Part shown: in pieces, positions 10,752 through 24,290 of the stretch
Numbering within the stretch: the stretch's first letter is position 1
How the letters are laid out: every line of letters begins with the position of its first letter
Assembly (NCBI GenBank): GCA_047495785.1
Contig: JBLDXI010000007.1
Location: 62,001-126,000 of the forward strand
Length of the DNA: 64,000 nucleotides
Source: Lepidodermella squamata
Lineage: Eukaryota; Animalia; Gastrotricha
Direction of reading: 5' to 3'
Translations under genes and position numbers: made by a program
Notes under the pieces: model-generated
The model's input: the letters and a program-made list of their open reading frames with translations, nothing else
What the model was told of the DNA's origin: nothing
The model's database searches: none

Positions 10752-12833
10752 ATGATGGCGAATATTTCTCTCTTACTTTTTATTTTGATTCGCCCGATCT
10801 CGCCACATAAATTCAACGACGTTGACGAACCATCAGAACCGGACTGGTATTCGATGAACAGAGTTCAGCCTCCGATAGAGCCGACTGATGAACAGCGGCT
10901 CACTGACTATTTAATGACGAATTATTCGGCAATAAGTCGGCCGGTTCTTTATGCCAATGAATCGCTGACTGTGATGGCTCGTATTTACCTAATGAAAATT
11001 CTCGACCTCGTCGAACGTGAACAGATTCTTCACATCGTTCTTAGATTTCAGCTGGTAACTATTTATTTTTTATCGAAAAAATTAACAACGATTAATTTAG
11101 GGCTGGACAGATCCGATGCTGACTTGGGACCCATCAGAGTTTGGTAATTTGTCTGCGTTAGTTTTGCCTGGGGACACGCTATGGATCCCGGATATTCAAA
11201 CTGGCAACTCCGCTGGTGATCGATACGGCCTGCTTCGAAATCGAGCCTACCCTTTCAAGATACATTCAGATGGCTCGGTAATCCCCTTCTCGAAGCCTCA
11301 TAAGGTTGTTAAATCCTGAATATTTTCAAGGTTTGGTGGCATCCAACTGGCAGTGTTTTCACTCGCTGCTCGCTCGATTTGTTATGGTTCCCATTCGATG
11401 TTCAAAGATGCCCGCTAGTTCTCGAATCGGCGATGCAACCCCAGTCAGCAGTCAATCTAACCATTCGGAAAAATAAAGAAAGTGTCTTGCTAACAATGTT
11501 CACAGAGAATAGTAAGTTCCTAATATGTTAGGATTGTAATATAGGATTTAACGTTTCGCAGGTTTGTGGGATCTTATTGGGACGTCTTCAACTTCGTACT
11601 ACTACAAAAGCTCATCAGCAGCAAGCGCCAGAATTGGAAACTCGAAAGATATCAAGTTCGAAAATAATTACACACGAGCTGTTTTTTGGTTGAAGCTTCG
11701 TCGGAAAACCAACTACTACAAAGTTTGAATAGGGATTATAGTTACCATTCAGTTTTATTCTCATCATTTACGTTATAGTTAAACGTGCTATATCCGTGCT
11801 TCATGTTGAGTTCAATGCAGCTGTTGACATTTCTGCTACCGCTTCAAAGGTGAGGTTGAAAAGATTTAATATTTTTATCAATAATTCCAATTTCTTCAAG
11901 TTTAACTCGAGTCCCTCAGGCGACGACTATCTTGCTTTCTGTGATCATCTTTCAAGCAGTAATTGTCAATGAGTTGCCAAAGTCTTCAGGTTAATAGCAA
12001 TTTTAACCTAAAAAATCAATTTTTTTAAACGAATGCAATTATTAGATACCATTTCTTTAATATCGATCTACACGACGTTGATGATAGGCGTCTCAGTTAT
12101 AGCAATTGTCGAGTCGGTTTTCGTCGCGAATATCCTCTCGCGCAATTTTGGCCCGATATCGCTTTCACGACGCATTGCACTACTCCTAAGGTAAACTTGA
12201 AGCATTTCAGGACTTTTTCTCTCCTGTTTTTTTTTAGATTTTTCTTGAAAGAGCCGCCCAGTATGAAAGAAAGACAAGTAGAAATTAATGGAGCATCCGA
12301 TAGCCCGGCTATCAACCGGCACACCGGCTCGATCAGGATAGTGCGAACCCAGCAACGGCCAACGTTGGAGAGCGTGTTCGAAGAGACAGCGGTTGATCAC
12401 GTGACCAGCCGAAGCGTGCATCCTGTCATCGGCCTCCCAGCTATCACGATTCCCAAGCATCAACGCCGGCCTCCTAGTGCCCCTAGGCAAAGTGAACATA
12501 GACACCTGTTCAAGCGCGAATCCTCAATAGATGAGGGCAATGAAGTCAGGGATCAGCCCTTCACGGATTACGTCGCTTCAACAGGGCGGCGGGGACAGGT
12601 ATGTTCTCAAACTCGTTGAATAAGCTTATTCTATCTCCGACTTGTTTACCTAGGTTCCAGCAGTAGTTAACTGGGAAAGAATTGCTTTCATCATCAATAT
12701 GACGGTAATTCCTATATTGACTGAAAATTAGATAATTAAATAATTTCAAATGTCTTTACAGTGCTTCTTCCTTTGCGTTCTCTGGATAATGATAATTCCA
12801 TTGGCTGTTATTTTGGTGACACCGACTGAGTAA
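10752..12833 (+). CDS. Cys-loop ligand-gated ion channel subunit, nAChR-like non-alpha, divergent (~9 exons)
   Basis: EQRLTDYLMTNY..SRPV, W.DP.LTWDP, LWIPDI, Cys-loop CSLDLLWFPFDVQRC, LRRK before M1, four TM helices and a large M3-M4 loop. No vicinal cysteines in loop C. The start codon is uncertain. Confidence 0.88.
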
Positions 12834-13258
12834 AAAAAGTTCAAAGACTTGTGATGGTTAAAAAAATTCGCCTTGTTTGCATGGAAACGTGATACCGTGT
12901 TAGGCTGAATGGCCATTATCGCACTGACCGCTCATTTTTTGTTCGCTGTGTAACGCGTTCTTCCTGATGGTCCACCTACTGACGCTATTGCAATAGTACT
13001 GCTTTTACTGCCGAAAAAGCCACGCTCTCTTGGAGACACGAAGAAGATGGCCTGCTTCTAGTGAGGTAGAACTGATGGCGTGTTGGCGCTTCTACTCGAT
13101 GGCGCGTGCATAGACATAACAATAAAACAGAGCAAACAACTCGTCGTCTGCTTTGTTCCACGTCGGTGATTATTAAGCAATATTTTTTCCTATCTTACAT
13201 GCCCATTAGCAACTGATTTTAACCGTAGGAGCGGACAGCCTTGTAATTCAAAGATACT

Positions 13259-15291
13259 ATGAGTAGAAAATCAACTCGGGAATTGCCTCCTGAACCTCTG
13301 CAGAAGGTGTATTCCCGGGAAGTTCCGCCTGTCCCTGTGCAGAAGGTGCATTCTCGAGAATTGCCCCCGGAACCTGTGCAGAAGGTTCATTCTCGGGAAG
13401 TGCCGTCTGTACCGTTGCAGAAAATGTATTCACGAGAATTGCCACCTGAACCTTTGCAGAAGGTGTATTCTCGAGAAGCACCACATGTACCGCTGCAGAA
13501 GGTGCCGAGCAGACCTCAGCCTTCAGCCCCAACATTGCAGCCGGAGTTTTTCGAGATAACAGAGCGGCCGAGTTCTACGAGCAGTCACCACCACCATCGC
13601 CGTCATCAACGTATTTCTCCAACACCTTCAGGTCAAAGCCGAAATCAATCAGGAATCAGCCAGCGACCCGTCCCGCCAATACCATCTTCAGGCAGTGGTA
13701 AAAGCAAGAAAACCGAGAAGCCATCTCTCGGCCGGTGCTGCTGTCGGGCTTTCATCGTCATTTTCCTCATACTCGGCCTTGCTATGGCCATTGTTGGCAT
13801 TATACTAGCCATCCACTACCGAACGATCTTCATTCGATTACTTAAAAAGGAGTTGCCTGTGGTTAGCGGCTCGCAAAGTTTGGCCCAGTTACAAGAGCCA
13901 ACGACAACCGTATTCAAGTTTTACATGTTCAACTTGACTAACTCTGCGGATGTGGAGAGAGATGGCGTCAAACCAAGCTTCGAGCAAATTGGACCATATT
14001 GCTACAGGATGACTGAAATTAGGGAAGATTTCTCCTTCAGCCATGACGAGACAGATCTGGCATATTCACGGCGGCAATATTACAAATTCGCGCCGGATTT
14101 ATCAGTTGGAAGCGAGAAAGACACTGTCATTTCGCTAGACTTTGTCGCATATGCTGGATTGACCGGGTCAAACGACAGAGGAATGGGTGCTATTGGGGAG
14201 TCATTGCTGGAGCAGCAAAACCGAAGCTCTCCTTTTCGAAGCTATAAGATTGGCGATTTACTCTGGGGCGCCGATGATTCGTTTTACTCGTTACTGTTAA
14301 GCGTTGCCGAAACTTACGGCGCATCTCCGAAAAAGGCCCCGGAAAAATTCGGTTTCATGTTCGGACGAAACGGGACTATTATCTCAAACGTAACTTTCTA
14401 CACTGGTAAGGATGACATGGATCGTTACATGAAGTTGAAAAACTTGAATGGCCACGAGGGGAAGCTGGACAATATCTGGCCGATTGTCAAAGTACCGGAA
14501 ACCTATGATGCCAACATTTTCACCGGCGTAGTTAGCGGTTCATTCCAGCCTGATGTTTTGAGGAGTTCAATCATTCAACCTCACGTGAATGACTTATGCA
14601 TGTCGCTGGTGATGGATTATTGGACGATGGAAATGGTGGGCGAGTTCGAGGTGCTTCGATTCGGGGTTGATTACCGGCTTTTCAAACGGTTGTCTTACCA
14701 TCTCAACCAAGCTCAATGCGCGCCAGAGTATCGCAATAATAATGAGAAATGCGCGACATTTGGCGTTTTGAATGTCACGAAGTGTCGAGATAACCTACCG
14801 GTCATCATTTCCTGGCCGCATTTTTACGAGGGTGACGCTTATTACCTGGAACTGGTCGAAGGACTGCGACCTCTGGAACGCGATCATGCCCCATATCTCG
14901 ACGTTGATCCACTTACAGGCAAAGCAATCCGAGCGGCGGAACGGGCCCAGATCAATTTACCACTGTACAAACTGCCCTATGCTGGGTATGGTAACCTGCA
15001 AAACTTTACACTGTTCCCGGTTATGTGGATCGAGCAATCTGCGGAAATAACGCAAGCGGGCATGGAAAAGCTAAAAACTGCAGTATACAACAGATTTTAC
15101 TCACTGAGATCGCTGGCTTACGGACTTCTGATCACGAGCGTCATCTTGCTGCCGATCGCTGTTGTCGTCGTTGTTGTATTTCATTGTTACGGTAAGTTCC
15201 CGAGTAGTTTCAAAAATAATTTAAAAAAAAAATAATTATATTTCCAGAAAAAGGAAGATGCGCTTGTCTCACAGATGACATGTCTACGTGA
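13259..15291 (+). CDS. CD36/SCARB (scavenger receptor class B) family protein 1 with long repeat-bearing N-terminal tail
   Basis: N-terminal TM, FYMFNLTN, EQIGPYCY, PVIISWPHFYEGD, LDVDPLTG, FPVMWIE, C-terminal TM. One intron at ~15192-15247; last exon EKGRCACLTDDMST*. Confidence 0.93.
13271..13510 (+). repeat. Six 39-bp (13-aa) coding tandem repeats, consensus SRE(L/V)PP(E/V)P(L/V)QKV(Y/H)
   Basis: Directly visible in the translation and in the DNA (recurring GCAGAAGGT...TC.CG.GAA). Confidence 0.92.
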
Positions 15292-15641
15292 ATCGGCCGC
15301 GATTATATTATTTATATACAAAAACCCTGGTGGCAATCAAACGGTTTATACAAACGTTCGGCGGGATTCCAACGCGACTTTCGCTATATAGCATGATATT
15401 TCTTATAATTTTGGGCTGCCTTGAGCACGATGACCCTAAAATAAGCTGACAATGTGTTAATAAAATTCAGATGTATTTTTACGAAGCTTTTCGGCTTTCG
15501 ATAAACAGCTTTCAATTCAATGAGATCTTGTCATTTGGAAAGCTTGAAAAGCCATTTCGGAATTCAGACTGAAATTTCCAGCATTTGAATCCTTTAGGAA
15601 CGCTTCTGAAAGAACGATGATCTGAAGAAGGGTCCAAATAA

Positions 15642-16014
15642 TGAGGTTCCAGCACTAAATTTGTCAGATTCCTTAAGATTTCGGCGTTTTCGTTTTTTGA
15701 TCGATACTGATGCCCTCCCTGAACCTAGGATTTTTTATTTTAGCTTCCTGGTGGAAATCGAGGTAGAAGTTACGTAGAAAAATTATCGATTTTGGGTTCC
15801 ACGACGGCTGATATCGAAAAAATCACTGATTTGTAAAATCGATACTTGGAATCGATATCGGCTCTGCAGGCTGAAGCATAACTCATAAACTGACCGCTCA
15901 TATCGAAAAATCCGCATAGTATGAAGATCTAACGGTTAGGCAAAAAGGTGATTCCAGAGAAGGCATGAAACTCGGAAAACGCATATTGAAGGGAAATCTA
16001 GAGCTGGAACCCTA
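15642..16014. mobile_element. MITE / non-autonomous DNA transposon, family A copy 1
   Basis: Imperfect terminal inverted repeats AGGTTCCAGCACTAAATTT ... AAATCTAGAGCTGGAACCCT. The internal sequence (GATATCGAAAAAATCACTGATTTGTAAAATCGATAC) recurs inverted at ~49740-49790. Confidence 0.7.
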
Positions 16015-19000
16015 AATTTAGGGTGCGCACATCCTCTGAAGAATTTAGCTCAGCTGAGGAATCGCAATCTTAAGTAAAACCAGGCCTCTGTAGGCTAACT
16101 ATATACACTTCTAATTTCAGTTTTATAATTTATTTTAAATAGAGCAATCCGAGTCGAAATTTAAGGTAAAATTAGGTCTGAAGACCCATGTGAGCTAAGC
16201 TCCAACCAATTCGTCCTTTTAAAGTTTTGATTAGAAAGTCATTTATGCAGGCCATTCAATGCAGCGTTGATATTTTCGGCAATCGTTTGGATATTTCAAT
16301 CTATGTGGAAAACATTATATTAAAAGCTCAGATATTCCGAAAATCAAGATTTTTCACCATTTGGTTGAAGTTGAAATGTCTGGCCAAAAGTCTGGCCAGT
16401 ACTAAGTTTTCAGACTCGAGTATCGGCAGTGAACTACTGCGTACGGCGGTGTAATTGATATTTTTACCGGCATTCCATGACGACGTTAAGGGCGCATTGC
16501 AAATCCACCGCTTTGCAGGACCTGTGGCCCGTCGAGAGTATCGAAATTTCGGCGCAGGTGAGCCAAATATGCGCAAATCCTGCACATCGCTGCTGTTGTT
16601 ACCCGAGTGCGGCATTATTTTTTACTCATGCGAATCGTTAAGTACTAAAATAACGTTTAGAGTTTGATTTGTACTGTATGGCAATATAAAGAAAAGATGA
16701 AAGCTGCTTGTCAAGAAAAACTAAACAGCTCCCGCCGCGCACAGAATGACCCTTTCCATTTTTTATATTTTACGGCGAATTATGAATATTTCATGAACAG
16801 CCCCAGGTTAAGCATACACGTGCAGCGCCTTTTTTCTAAAAGAATAAATCAATCCTTCAGTTTCCTGTATAAAGAGCGGCAATAATTGCCTTTCTACAAT
16901 ATGCGACAAGCGACAAGGGGCCGTACGATAATTATTCGGCATACGGTATATGGAAAAAAATGGTCGTCGAAAACAAAACTTTTCCCAAGAATGTCCAGTG
17001 CAAAAAAATAAAATGATGGAATTTTTTTTTTCGTTTCTTGCTTTTCTCATTTTCTCGGAAATGGCCAGCAGGATCAGAGCTGAGATTTGCGGCGAAATAA
17101 ACAAATTTAGAGCCGCCTTAACACTTTTTAGCTGCAGGTTCTTTTATTCTACGAAATGTGATCACAGTTTCGATTTGAAATAATAAGTAACTTTTTATAC
17201 AAATATAGTGCCCGCTCTGCGTTTTGATCTCGTCACATCAATTAAAAATGCGTGCCCGTCACTTGAAATTGATTTCAAATTTGCGATGACATTTTTGTTT
17301 ACGCGCAAAATTTTCACGCTCGCGTGTATATAATATAGTATGTATTACACTTTTAATACGCACACACCCGCCGGCGGCTGCTGCTGCTTACGTTTTTGCT
17401 GCTGCTGAATTTCAGCAAACTTCCGCCGCGGCTTTGTTACTTTTAAATAGTAATAATTGCTGCTACGCGACTATCAGCAGCCGATGATGATAGTTGATGG
17501 ATGATTTTAACCGCTCCTGTTTCGCGCGTTTCGCGTCATGAAACACTCATCGAAATCGGCGGTCCATCCATCCCTCGTGTGATTTCGCGTCTGCTCATCA
17601 TCCCTGTTGTCATCCTAGCGCATGCGTGAATTGAAAGCGATGCGGCTGTAATAAAACTGCTGCCGAGGTCGATATAGTGGCGGCACTTGTCACGCGGCCG
17701 CAGACAGGCCATGTCACATTTGAAGCTCGTTCGAAACGCTCACTCCCTTACGTGCCGTAAACAACAAGAGTCGCTTAGAGTCGCTTAGCTCCGTGTGATT
17801 ATAGGCCAATATTCGACATATTATATGTGTCGCCGGCAGCCACTTGTTTGCAGCGCTGCGCCTGAAATTTGTGCGTGTTGTTATTTATTTGTATTATTAT
17901 AAACTATTTTTACAACCGCGCAGGAATATGATGCCCCGATTTGATCGATACGCTAAACAGGAAGTAAATAATAAAATCCGTGTGACGGCCTCGGCCTTAT
18001 ACTATAATAATAAAATACTACTTATTAGTAGAATGACGCTGCTTTTAACGCACTCTATTATTATAATAGACGACACGGCCGTCGCAAGTCGCCGACCAGA
18101 GGGGGAAGGGACACTGGACATTCTCACCCGGTCGTCGAATAACTCGCGTCGCCAGTCCCAACAAGTGCTCGCATTGATTTCTTCAACTGTTGCCACACAC
18201 ACAGCTCGTGTGCGCGTAATATTGAAATATATTAAAAATTTCCACCCGCCATTCAACCACAAATTATTCGATGCCCATAATAATATACCCAAATAATAAT
18301 CTTTATTATACTCGGACTATATAAATTAAAATCTCAAATGCGCCGCTCTTGGCACTTGCCAGCCAGCCGCCACAAAATTTTACGATTAGGCCGAGCTATA
18401 AATATTTATTTACTCAATAAAGCGTTATTTCCCCGTCAAAAACTTTGAATCAGCTATTTAATGACAATAATAATAATCAAAAATGCGGCATGCAAATTAA
18501 CTCGCGCTCTCTCCCCGTTGCGTTTTTGCGCGTCCTGCGATTTAATTTTTTTGTTTGATCCCAATAGAGAAAGATAGCGCGGTTTTATCAGTACAGTTTT
18601 GTTTCGCACTCATCATGGATTTGAATTTTTTGAACACGTCGGTCTTCTCTCATTCTAGATACACTTGTAAAGCACTTGAAATCTCGCTAAAATCTGCGAT
18701 AGCGAGTGCGCAGTAAACATCATATTTTTTTTCTCGGTTAACTATACAATCTCTCCCCGAGACGTCGGTGATGTTAATATTTGCGGTGGTGGCGGTGAAG
18801 AGCGCGAGAGAGATTGTTGTTGTTGTTGTCTACGTTTGTGCCTCCTCGATGTCTTCGGCGGCTGTTCACCACCAATTTACCACCACCGCGCCACATATAG
18901 GTATTACAATTATTTACCATTATATTTGCCATGACTTTTGATGCAGTGGTGCTCGCTGATTATCGAGTGGGGCCCGAAGCCGTTGCGGCGAGAGGAGTCA

Positions 19001-20924
19001 CTAAGGCGCGATTTCAACGCGGTGTGTTTGCGAACGTGGCGCTCAGCAGCACTTTTTTAGGGAATCGCTCGTTCATTGTGCACATTGTTTATTGTTACCG
19101 CGGTTTGACTTGTTCGTCGGCAGACGTCTAATGTGACGTCAAATAACGTGTTGGTGTAAATAAACAGTAGTGGCGTAATGGCAGGGTGGTGCTGCTGCTG
19201 GGTGGCGGCGCCGAGAGGCTTGGTGACACTGTAGTTGACAAACGACACACGGTGGCGCGCACAATTTGACGACTGATGATACTACATTTATTAGTGGCAG
19301 CGCCCTTATTAGCCGGCCTAGTCTCTCAGCAGCGCAGTAGCTATCTATTTACTGCTGGCGCGTTGTGTGGTGGCTCGTTTCTTCGTCTCTTTGTCGCCGC
19401 CGCAGATAATCATTCGGGAAGAGACAATTCCGCTTCCATATTGCGCGCGCGCGTACACAGTATCGCATGTCGCTCGCCTCGTCAAGAGTTCGATCCTACA
19501 CGAACGACAGCAGTAAAGGCAGTTCTGTATTATTTGCCCCGAGCTAACATCACAGCATAGTGTAGGCAGTCATGTAATATAGCCGAATTCCAGCCCGCAG
19601 CTTTCAGGTAGGCATCAGCAGCAGCAGCTACTTTTCTTGTGTGCCGGGTGTATAGTCGCTATGATAATAACGATAAACAGCGCGCATACCTAGTGGTATA
19701 GTCCTATAATATATTGTAGTAGTGAAGAAACCAAACCAAACCGTGTTTGCGCGCGCTAGCAGTTGTCCGGGAAAATGGTCGGGCTATTATCGCGCCAATA
19801 ATAATATGTATATTGCTATGATGCGACGCGCCTCAGTTATAGTTACAACGCCAAGTTGGCGATGGCTGTTATCAAAACCGCGAGCTGCTCGCCAACCCAT
19901 CGTACTTATACTCTGTGCTCTTGCGCTATTGACGTCGCGCGGCGCGCATCGTTTTGCGCCAAAAATCAGCGCAATAATGGCCGGTTGAATGCAGGCGCGG
20001 TGCCGCTTCCACTTGCGGCTATTTGCGCTGGCGCTCTTCTAGACACCGACACCCCACTTCTCAACAAAAAGCCGGCCGCGCCACACCGAGAGCGCAGCGC
20101 GTGCCGTAATTATAAATGACTCTGTTATTTTTTCTAGTTCTGCATCACTTATTTGCGTAAACTGAGCTAGCAGCAAATAACACGGCTCATAATACCTGAT
20201 AATTTATTTTGCCCGGCCCTGATTCGAGACGCCAAAAATAATACTCTTGTCTCGGCCACCACAACAACTTCTTGACGCTTCCGCTTCAGCTCGACCATTA
20301 TCAGCAGCAATTTTTTCAATCTCGCCTATCGCGCAAATTTACATCACCACATATCACCTGACAACACCAGGCTTTCGATCGGTTTGATTCACGAAAATGC
20401 TGGGACTTCGTTACTATGATACTAGTTTGATCTTCACACTGCATAAAAGCACAAAGGTTTCACGACGAGGTTTCCGGCGTTAGTCAAGTAATTTTCAACG
20501 CTACATGTGGGTCGCACATTTTAATCAGCGATCATTATCAGAGGGAACATAATGCTTGAAATATGCACTATAACAAATTATAATATCATGCAAAACCTAG
20601 GCAAAAATTAATCAATAACGCGGTACATTTCTCGTTTTTCTGAAGTTCAGATAACGATTTATAAACCGAATTTTTTCATTCGTTTTGGATGACATTCTCG
20701 AAGGTTTTCCATATAATTATTGGGCCTCCAATTATGTGATCCTTTATTGTACATTCACAGCTGAATAATTCATCACATCCTGCAAACTTGCAGCTATGAT
20801 ACAGCGATTATCATCAATATACCGTGTTTTTTTTACCTGCATATATAGGCCTTTTAATAAATTTACTGACAATAGCGCGGTGTTTTCCCCCGCGCAACTA
20901 GACGACATACCTGTGCAGTTTCCG

Positions 20925-22558
20925 ATGGCGGCCAACGCCGGTGAAGCCGAGCAGTTGGGCGAAAAGTCATCCAAGTCTGACCCGCCGATCGGCCGCAACA
21001 TCCGATCCGCGGAGGGCGGCGGCGGCGGCGGGCGGTGTTCTTGTCGACTAATACTTCGCATTGCCATCATCAGCGGCGCAATATTCGCCACAATCGGCCT
21101 TCTTCTCGTCATATTTTACCGCGATTTTTTCCTCGGTCAGGTCAAGGCGCAACTTCCACTCCGCCGCGATTCGCCTAATTTGCCTAAATTCGAACGCCCG
21201 CCAGCCAATGCCAGGGCGTCGTTCTATTTCTTCAATCTAACAAACGCGAAAGACGTCATGGAATACGGCGAGAAGCCTAACCTGCAAGAAATCGGGCCTT
21301 ACGTTTATCGGTTGATTGACACGAAAGAAAACGTCGAATTTTCGAGTGACGAGTCCGAAGTGAGTTATTTAAAACGGAAAAACTACGAGTTCGATCGAGA
21401 TCAATCCGCTGGAGATGAGACTGATACAGTCGTCACGCTTGATTTCGTCGCCTACAGCGGATTCAAAGGCTCTCATGAGAAAGGTCAAACAAGTCTCGGA
21501 TCAGTTTTGCTCGACACCATGGACAGGAAATTGCCATTCAAATCTTATGAGATCAATAGCCTACTATGGGGCAGTCATGATAAGCTCTACAACATCTTCC
21601 TCACCGCTGGGAAGAAAGATAAGGCGCCGATTTTCGGCCTATTCGTTGGCAAGAATGCAACGATCGATGCGAACTTTACTGTTTTCACCGGTCGCGACGA
21701 TATTTCCAAGATTCAGAAGGTGAAAGAATTCAACGGCCAGTCACGCTTGAATGACATCTGGCCATCGCCACTGGATTCTGTCGAGGAATCAGGCGAACCG
21801 TTAGATCCTAATATTATAGCCGGGACCCTGGGTCAAACATTCGCGCCTGATGTCAATTCTGATGCGCCGTTGGTTGTGTTTTCCCACGACGTTTGCCTTA
21901 CAATGAAATTCCACTACCGATACGAAACTTCGGTGCGAGACGCGCAGACATATCGATTCGGCATCGATCACCACGCGCATAAAACTAAAACTCAGGTTAT
22001 CAACAAGGCGCTGTGTGATGCCGAGACATACACCAATCGGCAATGTGCTGGTTTTGGTTTGATCAATGTTACAAGTTGTAAAGACGGCTCGCCAATCATC
22101 ATGTCATGGCCTCATTTTCTCGAAAATGACCCTTACTACTTGGTAATTTTTCCCTCGTTTTTTCTGACTTTCTTAACATGTTTTTATAGACTCTGGTCGA
22201 AGGGTTATCACCATCCGAAGAAAAGCATGGAGCTTTTCTTGACATAGATCCGCTGACTGGCATGACGTTAAATGGAGCGAAACGGGTGCAAATCAACTTC
22301 CCTCTCGTGCCTTTGCCTCATGAGAACTACAAAAACCTGCCGCCATTCACCATGTTTCCTATCCTGTGGATGGAAGAAGCCGCTCAAATATCGGACGACG
22401 GCATGACAGCGCTGAGAACGGCAGTTTATTCCAAGTACCTGCTGCTGCAAAACATCGCCTATGGAACCCTAGTCGCCGGTTTGCTACTGCTCTCCGTCAG
22501 CGTACTCATCTACGCCCTATATGCGATAGCATGCGCGAGCAGACTCGATAGATGGTGA
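20925..22558 (+). CDS. CD36/SCARB family protein 2 (one intron, 22143-22189)
   Basis: TM, FYFFNLTN, LQEIGPYVY, SPIIMSWPHFL, LDIDPLTG, FPILWME, C-terminal TM. Paralogous to the 13259 gene. Confidence 0.93.
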
Positions 22559-24290
22559 TAACTATCTGCTAAAACATGACGATGACCAAAATTTGAAGAA
22601 GCAAAAAACGAGCCGACTTGACTTGATACAAACCGGTACAACTAGATTGATGGAGTGACGCGGGACTACTACTACTTATACCTACATCGTGTGTATATTG
22701 TGTATAGCTGTTTTAGCGGAAGTGATTCGTCGACAATCTCGCATTATATTGATGAAATGGCTGGATATTACCAAATGATTGCAATGAATCGGAAACAACA
22801 CATTTTTGCTGGTCATAAACGCTTGAACTGGAGTGCTAATAGGCCTTGCTGGTTGTGTCTCATCTTCTCAATATTCGAGTTCAGCGAAGCCTGATGATGT
22901 AAGCGCGGAAGAAAACGTCGACGTCAACGTTTTTCTCTCTCTATCTCTACCAAGTCTTTCTCAACTCTGACATGACTAAGCTATTGTAAACATTTTCAAT
23001 TGACTTGTGTAATTAACGGCCCTTTTACTCCTTATATCAATTTTACCTGCCTAAATTTTATTTATACGCAAAACTCTTCGTACATTGTATTTCAGTCAAA
23101 ATCACTGCACTCAATTTTCTGATCTGAAATCGCCATGCCAATAATATTTTATCAACTCCACTGCCGGAAGTTTGATTGACAAGCTGACCCGATCTCATGT
23201 GTTTTATTGGCCATTATTATTATTATAGAAAATTTCCAATTGACTGACTATTAGGCCTGACATCATCAATTCTTTGGTACAATTTATGTATTGATTATGT
23301 AAATTTCATGTCACTGTCATATAATATCGGTCGAATCCCGTATAAAAGTGACTGGATTTATTTGCTGAAAAATTCCAATCCAGCTACGATGAAAAAATCT
23401 CAACTTTGCAATATTATTGAACTGTGGTTCGCTCTTGGAAAATTTTCATTGTATTATTATTCTTCTTGAATTTTTATTGTGTTCAAATCACCGTGGCAAT
23501 TATAATATATAGTTTGTATTTCTACAATTATACAACTCGAGTTTTTCCGTAGAAAATTTACATAGCCTGATTTTATGTAAATACGATTGATTCGATTATT
23601 TGTTCTCTACAGCATTTTAGTATTCTTATTCTATTTATATACCTATTGGATAGATGAACAGCAGCATTTCATTTTATTCAACTTGACATACTATATTGCG
23701 TTATATATTTCTCTCGTAGAAAAGAGTTTTAAATTTGTGCCAGAAATTTTGAAGATTAAAAATGAAATAAATCTGAAAAAATCGATCCTCACTTGTCTTT
23801 TTTCGCACCGAGAATTAAAATGACCCAGAAGCCGGAAAGGAAATAAATTTCAAAAGAATAGCATTAAATGAGAAGCCAGCGGCAAAGGTTACCTCTGTAT
23901 AACAATGCTTTTACCCGACGTAACACGAAAACAAAGAACAAAGATCTTGAAGAATAAAAGAGATGAAAAGTTTATTATAACAGTCTTGAGGTCATTCGAA
24001 GGTATTATAGGATTGAGAATTTCTCGATTCTTCCATGTTACATATGTTACTATCATCTTTTAGCGAGTCGCTATGTAAATGCTGCGCTTCCTTAAAAATA
24101 ATTCCAAATTTTTTTCCCAACTTTAAAATTGAAAAAATAAGCCACACCCGCGCGTGCCTATGTCGCGTGCCTAACTGGCTGGAACAAGTCGGCAATCTTC
24201 TGATATCACGCCATAGTGATCGCGCTTCATTTGCTTGTTTTTCAATTTCTATGTTTTTTATACACACTATGCCACATTACTATCAGTTGA

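Noticed and set aside
16440-16620. GC-richer island as a possible structured ncRNA
   Set aside because: No recognisable family motif or clear long stem identified by eye.
23340-23823. Hydrophobic AT-rich ORF fragments as upstream TM exons of the RING gene, or a NUMT with TGA=Trp
   Set aside because: No consistent frame, splice chain or recognisable mitochondrial protein; explained by AT-richness.
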